The translations under genes and the position numbers were made by a program. The notes beneath the pieces are model-generated. The model ran no database searches and was not told where the DNA came from. It was given only the letters and a program-made list of their open reading frames with translations. From Narcine bancroftii (taxonomy: Eukaryota), in assembly GCF_036971445.1 (NCBI RefSeq), contig NC_091475.1:138570001-138634000 (forward strand): a DNA stretch of 64,000 bases, written 5' to 3'. Shown here piece by piece: positions 37,763 to 50,400 of the stretch (its first letter is position 1; each line of letters begins with the position of its first letter).

Positions 37763-39024
37763 TAGTCTCTCGTCCCATATCTTCCATTGTGAGGTTTCTC
37801 TTTACCCAACTGCTTTACCTTCAACAGTAGGAGAATTAGAATAATATATGACTTATCTGTACAATCTTACCCATTTCCTTTGAATTCAGTGAACCAGAAT
37901 TTCAGAAGCATGAAGCGACATGCCATCAGTATGGTGTTGTCCATTTAACACAACTAATTCAAAGAGAAATTTATAATTATTTTGTAATTTGTATATTAAA
38001 TTTTTGCATTCCAATTCACATCACAATTTGTTCTGAAAATTCAACATTGCTCAATCAAGACCAAGTATCTCTTCCACGTCCTTTGCTGTACACAGGTCCC
38101 TTATTTTGATGATAAAGGCAGAATAAGTTATATGCTGGAGAATGAGATTATAAATTCTGGATGATGAGAATTCTCTGCCGTGAAGCCCCAGAACACATTT
38201 ACTGAAACCATAAACCCAACAAAATATTGTGCATCATGATGTGGCTTTGAGGCCATTATAAGAATTACAGACCCTTCCACAAATGGGGCAAGAAATACCT
38301 AATGGAAATAGTTTGTGGGGTGAAGTAGCCTTTTATAATACCCTTGTGGTCCTGATACATGGCCTGAAGGTTCTTCATGCCATCTAAAATGCTCCTTCTC
38401 CTCATTGGTCATGAGCCAGCATTGGTGGGAATGTATCCATCTATAATTAAGCATGGGGTACATTGTCCATCCCTACAATTCAGTTTTGGGCATTTACATA
38501 GCTAATTGAGATCTCAAAGTTAGGATGGTGGTCTGGGAGATTGCTCTGATACTGATTTCTTTCATCTTTCATTGAATTTAGATTTTTACAGGGACAGCAT
38601 TGGCATTTTCTTTACAGTATCTTGGTCCATGCTATAACCAGTCAGGGTCTTAGCAGCATATCTATAAATATTTATTGATCTTTAAATATCTGGACTGTTT
38701 CCCACATCTTGGGGATCCATCACATGGCAAACACTGACATTGACAGTGAGATTCAATATTGCCTTCAATGTGCTCGCAGTCTTTGGTTAATCGAGGAAAA
38801 GGGTATTTGATTCCATGTCAGTGAGCATTGAATGTACTATTTTGAAGGATCATCAATGTTAAAACTGCAGCAGGTCAGTGAGAAAACCTGTCAAGATATC
38901 CTCAGCAGAATTTGAGTCTTGTCAGTTTCACCCAAATCGTAAGGTAGTTAACGTCCTAGTCTTGGAGTCATACATCAAGGAGAAGGTCCAGTGTGTCCAC
39001 ACAAATTGTCAAGCAGCCAACCAG

Positions 39025-39650
39025 AGTAAAAACACAATGCTGGAGAAACTCAGTTGGTCAAATTGCAAACATTATATTGAAAAGATAAAAATAAATAACC
39101 AACGTTTCAGTCTTGAGCCCTTCATAAAGGAATATAGAAAAGAATGTCAGCAGGTGACTGAACAAAATGGTAGGGGGGAGCGGTGGGGGAGTAGCTCATT
39201 CCCAAAGGTAGGAGGTAATATGTGGATAAGGGAGGAGGACACAGCAGTAAGCAGGGGCAGGAGGGCTGGCACTGTGAATGGAGAGGGAAAGGAGTGGAAA
39301 GTTGGAGGAGAGAAGACAAAGGGAAAGGGAAGGGAGGGAAAATGGAGAGTAAGTTAGCAGAAACCAGAGAAGTCAATGTTAATGTCATCTGGTTGGAGAG
39401 TGCCAGACAGAAAATTAAGTGTTGTTCCCCCAATTTAATGGGTGGTCTTTGTGGGAAAGCACGAGACCATGGACAGGCATGTGAGCATGTGACTGGGGCA
39501 TCAAATTGAAGTGGTTGACTACTGAGAGACCCCTGATATGAAGAGAGTGAAGGTGTGCAGCAAAGTGATCTCCAGTGAGCGTCCAGTCTCTCCAATGTAG
39601 TGAAGGCCACAAAGGGAGCACCACATGCAGTTGCTTAAACATTCCCCTGT
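39025..39650 (-). mobile_element. Penelope-like element, 3' fragment (GIY-YIG plus pseudo-LTR)
   Basis: CMWCSLCGLHYIGETGR and KLGEQHLIFCL on minus; homologous to 3060-3680. Confidence 0.8.
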
Positions 39651-39954
39651 AGATGCTTTATTTTGCAATCTACAGTAATCATATTTTCCCTTTTGTTTCT
39701 TCATCCCCCCTCCTCAAGCGACTCCTGATTGTCCTGCTACACCACCCACAGTCTTGATGCAACTTTAAAGTTATTATCTAAAGTCCACCAGCACGGCTTT
39801 ATCTTGTGGATGTTTGGCCAAATAAATTCTGAAAACAGAGTTTTGTGGGAAGAATGGTCATATTAACTGATAGATTAGTAGAAGTTCGATTCCAAGAACT
39901 TAGCTGGGCCTGACGTGAACTCATTAGTGAGACTGCTAAAGACCATGTTCAATC

Positions 39955-41663
39955 ATAGAATTATCAAGTCATATGGAAGAGAGTAGCACATTTGGCACAA
40001 CTTGTAGATGCCAACCAAGTTGGCTTTCTGGGCTAGTCTCATTTGCTTGCATTTATCCCATGTCCTTCTAACATTTCCCATCATACATCTGTCCAAATTG
40101 CTTTTGAGCATTATAATTTTACTTACTCCTATAGCTTCCCCTGGACCTCATTCCATTGAAAGACTACCCTTTGAGTGAAAATGTTTCATCTCAAGTCCCT
40201 CTTAAATCTTTCCCATCTCATCTTAAAATCTATGCTCATAAGGTCTAGAATCTCCAACCCTGTGGAAAAATGTGAACATTCACTATATCTATATCTCTCA
40301 TGATATTATAAACCTCTATAAGCACCCCTCAGATTCCTATGCAGCAGGGAATAAAGAGCTAGCCTATCCAACTTCTCCTAATTACTCAAGCCTTCAATTG
40401 TGGCAAAACCATGATGAATCTTTTCTGCATCCTTTCTAACTTCTTGATACGTTTCCTGCAGCTGGGTGATTAGAAGTGGACTGGACACAATACTCCACTG
40501 GTGGTCTTTGCAAAGCCTTATAAAACTGTATCATGACGATCCAACTTTTGAACACAATACCTTGACCAATGAACGCAAGCATGCCAAACACTTTCGTTAT
40601 CACCCTGTCCACTCAAGCTGTCACTCTGTCTACAGCAATGTCCATGGCCCTTATGTCATGACGTGTGTGTCCCCAGAAATATCTTCAAGTGATGATAAGG
40701 TTCTTGTCTGGAAAAACAAGGAATAGTATGTCAGATTTAAGCTGTCTGTATCAAGTGAATCCCTCATCGAGTCAAAGAGGTGTAGGAATATGTATAAAAG
40801 GAAATTAGAAGGGGAAAAAGAGGCATAGAAAGGATATGGCAGCAGGATAAAGCAGGATAAAGCAAAATCCAATGAGTTTGTCCTGGTGTGCAACTTGTCA
40901 GAGTTATATTCCCTTTGGTACTCCTTGGCCTACTTTCCCTTTTGTTCTTTATTTGTTTATATGTTTAAGCTGTATACAAATTTATTTGCACTATCATTAA
41001 GTGGTAACTCTGCCTCTCCCGCAAATAAAAGAATTTCAGGGTTGTTTGCGATATCATGTATGTTCTCTGACAATAAATCTGAAATCTGATCTATTTCCCC
41101 AGACTCTACCATACCACCAATTTTGGTTTCATCCACAAATTTGTTAATCATGCTCATTATATGCTAATATAGTACAATATATGTAATATAATATAATGCT
41201 AATACATAATTAATTTGGATAATAAATAACAGTGAACCTAACAGCAACTATTGTAGCGTGGCAGTGATCACAAATTTCCAATCAGAAAAGTAACCCTCCA
41301 CTATGATACCCTCACTCCTTTCATTAAGGCAACTTTGAATGTAATTAGCCAACGCCCCTTGGATCCCATGTGGTCTAAACTTCCAGACTGACCTGCCATG
41401 TAGGACCTTACTAAAATCCATATATACAATGTAAATGCCCTTCCCACCTCAATCCATTTGGTCAGCTCAAAAATAAGATTCATGAGACTTAATCTCCCAT
41501 TCAATTGCCCTGGTGATTGCCAGCCCTTGCCTATTCAAATTTTGGTAGATACTAAGAATTCCCTCCAACAGGTTTTTCACTTCTGACATTGGGTTTACCG
41601 CCTTGTAGCTCCCTGGTTTGTCCTTGCTGCCCTTTTTAAATAATGACACATCATTGGTCACCT
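39955..41663 (-). mobile_element. Degenerate CR1 copy or copies, with a plus-strand CR1 piece (about 40700-40880) and a Rex1 3' piece inside
   Basis: LFKKGSKDKPGSYKAV and INKFVDETKIGG on minus; CR1 3' UTR at about 39960-40400. Confidence 0.75.
40895..41090 (+). mobile_element. Rex1 3' UTR fragment
   Basis: catgtatgttctctgacaataaatctgaaatctga matches the reverse complement of 12873-12910. Confidence 0.8.
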
Positions 41664-42344
41664 TGATGCATCAAGGTGCACCTTGGTGCATCACAGGGCT
41701 ATAGGCACTTTGATTAAGAATGCATATTTTCAAAAATCTCCATGGAGTGTTCCAGTTTCCTCCACATAACAGGCCAGTAGGATAATTGGCCTCTATAAAT
41801 TCATATTAGTTTTTGGGTCAGTGCTAGAATCTAGAAAGGTTGACAGAAATTTGGGGAGTTTAGGTGAAAATGAAAATCATTGGAGAATAGCATTGCTTCA
41901 AAGTACTAACATTGATACATTGGGGCCAAATTATTCTCCTTCTACAAAGTATGGAAGAATTTTCCCTTCTTACAGAAAAAGGCCATTCATCCCTTTGGGT
42001 CTATGACCACACTCAAAGCACACCATCAAACCCATTCCTAAATTAGCTCCCCAAAGCTAATTCTTTTCCTTAGATATATCAACTCTCATCAATTCCCATG
42101 TTTCCCATTTACATTCAAGTTGTCAAATTTTGGGTAGTGGGAAGCAACTGGATTACCCAAGGAAAGCCTACACTGTCAGATAGAGAATGTTTCATTTCCA
42201 TACTGATTTGATTTTGACTTGAAGTTGGAATCAAATCTGGATCCCTGGATCTTTGAAGCAGCAGCATTATTTGTTGCGGCAATGTGCTGAACATCTTTCT
42301 TTTTCCTTGACAGTGCAGGATTTCTTGGAATAATTTGAGTGCAT

Positions 42345-42595
42345 TTAATATTTAATTTCGACATACAGCATGGTGATAGGCCATTTTGGCCTACGGGTCT
42401 ATGCTGTTCAATTTACATCCTATTAACCTACACCCAGTACGTTTTTGAATGGTGGGAGGAAACTGGAGAAAACCCACAAAGTCATGGGGAGAATGTACAA
42501 ACTCCTTAGAGACAGCATAGGAGTCGAACCACAATCCGGTCCCAGTCATTGGCTCTGTAAAGGGATTGTCCTAACTGCTGCACCAACCATGCAAC
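42345..42595 (-). mobile_element. HE1-like V-SINE
   Basis: gtgggaggaaactggag..atggggagaatgtacaaactccttagagacagc (V domain, reversed) plus a CR1-like tail. Confidence 0.8.
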
Positions 42596-42679
42596 CTTTC
42601 TTCTTCTTCAATGGAAAGAAAACAATTCAATTTTAAATTTTACTTAAGGCAGGGGATAAGCTGATTCTGGTCTTTTAAA

Positions 42680-42860
42680 TCCCTGCCATCCACATTGACC
42701 CCATATGTATTGGAGAAAGGCAGGAAACTGGAGCACCTGGAGGAAACCCAAAGAGACACAGGAAGGATGTACAAATTCTTACAGACAGTATTAGATTTGA
42801 ATCTGGGTCACTGCTTCTATAATAGTTCATGCTTACAACTATGTTAACTGTGCTGCCATA
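42680..42860 (-). mobile_element. Second, degenerate V-SINE
   Basis: aggaaactggagcacctggaggaaaccca..tgtacaaattcttacagacag. Confidence 0.7.
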
Positions 42861-43589
42861 GTTAGAACCACTCAAACTCAGGTTGCTGGCTCTGTATGGA
42901 TGTTGAGCTAATGATACCCATGCTGCCCCAATCACTTAACCAGGATTAATTTCACAACATGTATGTGGAAGAGGTTTCCCTGTGGAGCGCAGCCAGAGCC
43001 AAGGCCATGATGTTAGGGTTTGATGGTAAAGATCGAAAGGGAAAAAGTTATTGGGTATCCCATAGTCAGGGGAGCAGACAAAAATACCGGATTGATTCCA
43101 ATAACCCAATTATTCCAAATATTTGCCCATTTACCCTTGAAATATATCTCATGATTTGGCCTCAACCACATTCTTGACCACAGAATTCTAGAAATAAAAG
43201 TGAAAAAGAAATGTCTGTGCACAAGGTCCATATTGACAGAAATGTTGAAGACATGGAGGCATTGCAAGAACATTTAAAGAAGTTAATGCAGATATATAGA
43301 AGCAATACCTCAGGGAAATTTCTCCAGGCATCTCATGTGATCAAGAAAAGAAATAAGATGGATTATCTTTCCCTTACTTTGGAATTACTGTTATTAAAAT
43401 GTTGTTTTAAAAGATTCTGGTAGGTCATGTTCCTCTTTCATTTAGTCTAATACCCCTATTTTATAAAGTACTAACAGCTCCTTAAATTTTTAATTAAATT
43501 CTGGTGGAAAACCATCTTCACCTCATGCTTTATTATTCTGTAATGACATCAGGGTCTCATAGACTTCTATTTCAGAAAAAAAGTATTAG

Positions 43590-46060
43590 ACAATCCTAAC
43601 TTTTTATCTTCATCTAAAGATTATTTATAACCTCCTTCATACAGACCTATGTCATTATTGAATACAGATTTTAAAATTATATCTAAATTATTAGCTAATT
43701 GGTTAGCTAATTAATTTTTATTAAAATTAATAAATATGGATCAAACTGGTTTTATTAAAAGTAAAAGAGTGGCAGATAATATAGTTAAATTTTTAAGTTT
43801 GATAAATATAGCACAAAATTGAAAAATATCAATGGTCGAGGTTGTATTAGATGTGGAGAAAGCATTTGATAAATTGGAATGGGATTCTTTTGTTTAAATA
43901 CTTATTGCTTTTGGGATTCCAAATACTTTTGTAAATTGGATAAAAGTGTTGCATGATCAGCCAAAAGCAAAAGTTACAAATAGACAAATATCAAAATCTT
44001 TTTTTGTTAGAAAGGTATTGTCATCTTTTTTTTTTAAATTTGCTTTAGAAATAGAGCCATTAGCAGAAATAATTAGAATTGATAAAGAAATTAAAGGATT
44101 TGAGAGAGGTAATAAAGAACATAAAATTTGTTTCTTTGTTGATGATGTTATAGTATATTTAACAAAACCGGAAATATCGATGAATAAGTTGAATATAAGA
44201 TTAAAATAATACGGATTTGTATTGGGTTATAAAGTTAATGTTAATAAAAGTGAGTTGATGCCTATGGTGGATATGGATTATTCACAATGTAAAGCATTGA
44301 CAAAATTTAAGTGGCAAAATGAAGCAATGAAATATTTTGGAATAAAAAATAATAGAAATATAAATAATTAATTTAAGCTAAATTATTCACCACTATTGAA
44401 AAAAATAGAAGATCTGAGAAGATGGAAAGATTCACCAATAACATTAATAGGACAGGTGAATTGTATTAAGATTAATATTTTTTTCTGAGAATACAATATT
44501 GATTTCAATTGTTACCCATTCATGTACCAGAAATATTTTTTCAGGGTTTGAATAAAATTATATGAGAATTTCTTTGGAAAGGTAAAATGTCAAGAAATGG
44601 TTTTGAAAAATTAATGTGGAAATTTGATTAGAGGAGTAAGATTACCAAATTTTAAAAAAAATTTAAAAGTAGCTAAATTAAGACTTTTGTCCTCCTGTTA
44701 TCAAATGGTTGAGAAAACAGTTTGGGTTCAGATAGAATGAATAAGATTGGAGAAACTATCCCAGAACAAATTTTGTATAAATGGAATAGTGAATTATTTA
44801 AATGAAATGTGGAATTACCAATTTTAAAACATATATTGAAAATATGGAATGGGATTCATATGGAGAGAGGAATTAAAAATTATCAAATACCCAAAATGTT
44901 GTTAAAACAAAAGCAACTTATTCCTTTCACCTTGAGTAATTCTTTATTTGATAGTTGGTATAGTAAAAAGGTTAAAACATTGTTTTTTGTGTTCTTCTTT
45001 TTTAATTTTTGAGCAATTAAAAGATAAATATGATATACAAAATAATAAAATTTTTGCATATTACCAATTAAAATCATACCTAAAAAAGAAATTAAGAACA
45101 GATATGAGACTCCCAGAACAAAGTCAATTTGAAGGTATAATAACAGATGCACTTATTATTAAAACATTTATTAATAATATGTATATAAAATTACAAGAAA
45201 TTACAAGGAAAAAAGATTTATATAAATCAGATTATGATGGGAGAAAGATTTAAATATACAAATTCAAGAGGAAATATAGTCAAAACTGTGTCAAGAGAGT
45301 GTTACAAATACAGTTAATGCTAGATATCAAAAGGTTCAGCATAATTTCCTTCCTCGATTATATTATACTCCACGTAAATTAATTCAAATTATCCAGATAA
45401 GTGTTTTTGGTGTAACAAGGAAATATGGACTTTTGTTGCATTTGGTATGGTCCTGTGAAAAAGTGGAACAATTTTGAAATGATTTGAGTGTATTGTTAGT
45501 ACTAATTATGAAGATAAAGATATAAAAAAAGATCCAAGAATATTTTTTACTTGGGAATATATATGAAAAAAAGATATAAAACTGAAATTGGATAAATATA
45601 AAGAACAATTTTTAAACAGCAATTGCGACTGCAAAGAAATGTATAGTGGTAACATGGAAAACTGAGAGTGTGGTACAATTAGACAGATGATATATTGAAA
45701 TGGAAAACTGTATACCTTTAGAAAGAAATGCATATAGTTTAAGAAATTCAATTGTAAACTTTTATAGAATTTGGAAACCATATATGGATTTTATGAATAA
45801 AATTCCATTCACTTTTTCCACTTACCCACCCTTCTCAATTAGAAATTATAAAAAAATAACCAACAAATATTATATATGTTAATAACATTATATATGTAGA
45901 AATAGGTGTTCTTTTTCTTTTTCTCCCTTTTCTTTTTTTCATTCTTTTGGGGGGTTGGGGAGAATTTTTTTTTAAGTTGTTTCATTTTGTATGACTTAAA
46001 ATAATTATTGTATTATTGCATCAGATTTTGTATTGATGCAAATGATAATTTTTTTAAAAA
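43590..46060 (+). mobile_element. AT-rich L1-clade LINE, 5'-truncated ORF2 with many stops
   Basis: SYRPMSLLNTDFKII (about 43636), LDVEKAFDKLEW, FVDDVIVYL, and a Cys-rich C-terminus near 45400. T/G-tract 3' UTR. Confidence 0.88.
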
Positions 46061-46189
46061 GTAATGAAAGGGTATTGCAGGTAACAATAGAAATTGGGGA
46101 AATGGGGAGAGTTAATATATTCTTGGAGCACTGAGGCCAGTTAGAGGGTACACAAAACCTCAATGGAACTGGGATAGCAACAATACTCT

Positions 46190-48850
46190 AAAAGGAACAA
46201 AGAAGATTGGAATATTTGAATATATCCTGAAAGGAAACAAGTCATCATGAAAGGCCAATTATTTTTGACAAATGAGCTAAATTTTTTTCAAGTTTGTATC
46301 AAAGTATATCAAGGGGAATCAGTAGATGTTGTGTCGTTGGATTTTCAACAGCATTTAAAAAGGTTATCATTTGAAGGAAAAGTCAAACTTCAGGGGACTT
46401 TTTCGAGTTGGAAGGATGTAACTTATTAGTACTCAAATATCAGTTCTGGGCCCTCAATAATTTAACATTTATATTCATTACCTGGAGGAGGGAGAGGAAC
46501 ATAAATTATCTGAGTTTGCCTTTGACATAAACATAGGTAGAAGAACAAGTTATGATGAAGAGACTGTGAATATGAAAATGGATTTAAAGAGATTGAGTGA
46601 GGGATGACAATTTAGCAAATGGACTTCATTGTGGAAAAGATGAGGTCAAATGCCTCAGAATGGGAATGAAATGTCATGTTAGTATCCAAATGGAAACATA
46701 ACTGCAAATGAGTAAGTACAGAGGGAGCTATGTAATCTTGAGCACAAATTACATAAAGTTATCAAGTGAGTGCAGCAAGTAATTAAAAGGACAAATGACA
46801 TAATGACCTTTGTTGCAAAAAGTGTTGGATCTTAGAAATAGGACCATTTGGTTACAATTCTATATGAGGTTGTTGAGGCCATTCCTGGAGTACAGCATAC
46901 ACCTTTGGTCCCATAACTTACCAGAAGTTACTTTTAATTCACCAAGTGATCTCATTGAAACTTTTCATATCCTAAAGAGGCTTGACTGGGTAGATACTGA
47001 GATATTTTCACTCGTGGAAGTTTCTTGGGTGAAGGAACATACTTTCAAGATAAGGAAAGTTAGCAGAGACACTGAACCCTCCAATATTTTTGGGCAAAGG
47101 CATTTTTTTTTAAATTGCCCCTGTGCTCCACAATTTTAAATCTGTAATCAAACAAATCACCTGTGATTAAAGTGCATATTCCAAATTTCATTTGTGTACA
47201 TTTTTGTTTGACCATGGAGAAATTACAGCACTTTTTATACATCGTCCCCTCATTTCAGAGCACCATAATATTTGGGACAACAATGGTGTGTATATCAAAG
47301 TAGTCATGTTTAGTACTCTGTTGCAAATCCCTTGCATGCAATGACTGCTTGAAGTCTGTGATTCATAGATATTACCAGGTGGTGAGTATCTTCTCTGGTG
47401 ATGCTCTGCCAGGCCTCTACTGCAGCCATCTTCAGCTTGTCCCCTTATTTTTTCTCTTCAGCATATGGAAAGCATGCTCAATTGAATTTAGATCAGATGA
47501 ATGACTTGGCCATTCAAGAATTTTCCAGTTTTTAGCTTGGGATCATTTTTTTTGTTGTAGGATGAGGCATCATCCAATGAGTTTGGAAGCATTTGCTCAA
47601 ACGTGAGCAGATAAGATGTCTCTATTCATGTCAGAATTAATTTTGCTACTGCCATCAGCAGTTACATCATCACTGAAGATTAGTGCACCGGTGCAGTTTC
47701 TTTACACCTCTACCCTTTGCTCTCGCCACATTCTAATACAGGTTAATCTTGGTCTTCTCTGACCACAAGACCTTTTTACGAAATTCTGCAGGCTTTTGTT
47801 TTTCAAAGCTTCTTGGCAAACTGTAATCTGGCTGTTCTGCTTCTGTGGCCAATTAGTGATTTTCACCTTGCAGTGTAGCCTCTAAATTTATGTACATAAA
47901 GTCTACTGTGAACAGTAGTCATTGAGGTATTCACAACTGCCTCCTGAAGAATGTTTCTGCTCTGTCACACAAGAGTTTGGGGAATTTTCTTCATTATGAT
48001 GAGAATTCTTCTGCCATCAGCAGTGAAGGTCTACCTTGGTTTACTAGTCCCTTTGCAATATCGAGCTCAGCATTGTACCTTTCCTCCTTAATGATGTTTC
48101 AAACAGCTGATGGAGATAATCCTGAGTTTTAGGCAATGTCTCTTACTGTTTTATTCTTGTTTATTTCCCCTCATAATGGATTCTTTGACTTTTCATTAGC
48201 ACAGCTCTGTTCCTAATGCTGAAAATGGCAACTACAGGCTCCAAGGGTGATCAAAAGCTTAAAAGGAAGCCTCACTCACTTATACCTGCACCAATGAAGC
48301 AATTAAACATACTTGAGTACTTCCAAACACCTGTGAAGCCAAATGCCACAAACATTATGGTGCCCTGAAATAGAGAAATATGTTTATAAAAGTGCTACAA
48401 TTTCTACATGGTCAAACCAAAAAAGTATGCAAATAGCCTTGAATAAAATCTAGGATGTGAATTGTTTCATTACAATTTTAAAATTGTGGAGCACAGATGC
48501 AAATAAAAGAAAAAAAGATGTCTTTCTTCCAAACATTATGGAGGGACTGTATGTAGAAATTTGTTCTTGCATAGAGTGTTGAATTTCAGGAATTCTCTGA
48601 CCCAGGGACAGTTAATTAGAAGTATTTAAAGTGAAAGTGAATAATTTTGGAACAATCAGGCGAGGAGGGCTTTGGGTTTCAGACACAGAGGAGAATTGAA
48701 ATCTGGGATAAATTAGCGATAATCACATTAGTTTAATGTTATAACTTAGGGATACAGCATGGTAGAAGTCCCTTCCAGACTACAAGCCCACATTTCCTAA
48801 ATACACTATGGGATCAGGTGGCCTACTGTTGCCCATATTTTCTTGTGTTC
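46190..48850 (+). mobile_element. Old CR1 copy split by the Tc1 element
   Basis: VDVVSLDFQ and LLRPFLEYSIHLWS; the CR1 3' region resumes after 48551. Confidence 0.7.
47070..48549 (-). mobile_element. Tc1-family DNA transposon with long IR/DR-type terminal inverted repeats, decayed
   Basis: About 210-bp TIRs: ctgtgctccacaattttaaa (left) versus tttaaaattgtggagcacag (right), and tttgaccatggagaaatt versus aatttctacatggtcaaa. Inner and outer direct repeats. The right end is ...ggagggactg|ta. A Tc1 WPS.SSDLNSIEHAF motif reads on minus at about 47470-47512. Confidence 0.88.
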
Positions 48851-49099
48851 CATGATACACAACAGCCCAAATGTAAATTTAAGATATTATGGGACTGGAA
48901 ATGGATGCTCCATCACTGGATGTTTGGCAGTTATTTGATATATCAATATCTTTAAAAGGGACCATTGCAGGCTATTCAACAAAACCTTGTGAATGTTTTT
49001 AAGCATTTAATATGAAATCATAGGAGTATTAATGCTGCCTCTGGTCAACAATTATCTGAAATAACTTCTATAATTGAAGTACCAGTGTCAGTGCTGTGC

Positions 49100-49535
49100 A
49101 TTTGCTCAGCAAAAGGAGGTGTAAGGCACTCCTTCCATCCAATAGCCTATAGGTTACCCTTGGGCAAGATGTAGTACCTGTTTAGCCTCCCATTCATGGT
49201 CACATGAAGCTACGGATTGCAGATGGTGGATGGTTTTTACAAGTAGATTCTACAAATTTGAATTTATGGTTGTAAAACTAAAAACATTGGGCAGATGAAT
49301 CTGCTGATCAATAACCAGGGACAGTGCAACTGAAGAAGGCAACAGGAAACTACATCAGTATTTTTTCTTTGTATAATCATGAACTCAACATCGACTACGG
49401 TCTCAGGTCAAAGAAGGAGCCTTTACCAAAGGAGAACAGGGGAGGCAAGAACTCGAATTCGGAGGGTCAGAGATCATGATGGAAGGAGAGACGTAATCGC
49501 CCACACCGAATGGCAATGCAGATGAATGAATGATA
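49100..49535 (+). mobile_element. Probable bipartite RTE-derived non-autonomous element
   Basis: gaagaaggcaacaggaaactac resembles the conserved RTE 5' motif GAAGGCAATGGCAAACCAC. It ends in a short (tgaa)n tail. Confidence 0.45.
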
Positions 49536-49899
49536 ATCCAGGCATTCTCTCTGAATTAATTACATTCATCTGAAGACTTTTATTTCCTATGAATTAAGAA
49601 ATAAATTGAACCTGGGACAATTAAAAAAAAAGAGAAAACAACATTAGAACACTAGAATGAAGAGTAGATATGTGATTTTACTTATTGGATCAGAAAACAA
49701 GAAATCAAATGTGCATTGAATGTACAGAAAGGAAGAAAACTTATCTGCCAAAGTTAATCTGAAGTAAAGAGAAGGTATCTGAAATAAATACTTTTGCTGG
49801 AATTCTTTAACAAAATAATATCTTTATAACTTCCAGAAAATAGCATAGAAATTGATCTAGTCACGAGAGGGATAGTTTGTCAGAATCTGAAAAGTGTGA

Positions 49900-50400
49900 A
49901 ATAGAGAAAATTATTTTAACAATTGTTCATTCAACAATATAAATTGAGAGGTCTTAGAGATTTAATGTTGTAATTGCTGCTTCCAATATTTTTAATTGAG
50001 TTTTATACATATGAAATAGACAAAAAAACCAAAATGTATACAAAACAGAAACTATTCTAATAATCAAACCCTTCCCTTCTGAAGTTATGATTAAGCATAT
50101 ATTAATCCAAGAAAGAAGGTCAACCAAACTGTAAAATGGGATCCAATAAGAGTTGGAGTTGCTAACCCAGCCTCCAGAGTTGAAACGAAGTTTGTCCAAA
50201 CTTTAGTTTCTTAGATAAGATAGAAAAGTAAATTTGACAGATTGATGCATTCCAGAAAAGAAATAAGCTAGGAAATAATAGAAACATTAAGACCTCATTG
50301 TAAGGACATAGAAAACACTTTTGAAAATATTGTACCCAATGCTAAAAGACCTTATGAAATTGCCAAGACCTCCTGATCATTCAGTATTGTTTGTGTGACA
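49900..50400 (-). mobile_element. L1-clade ORF2 3' fragment
   Basis: LDKLRFN....YWIPF resembles the fish L1 ORF2 C-terminus; AT-rich. Confidence 0.5.
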
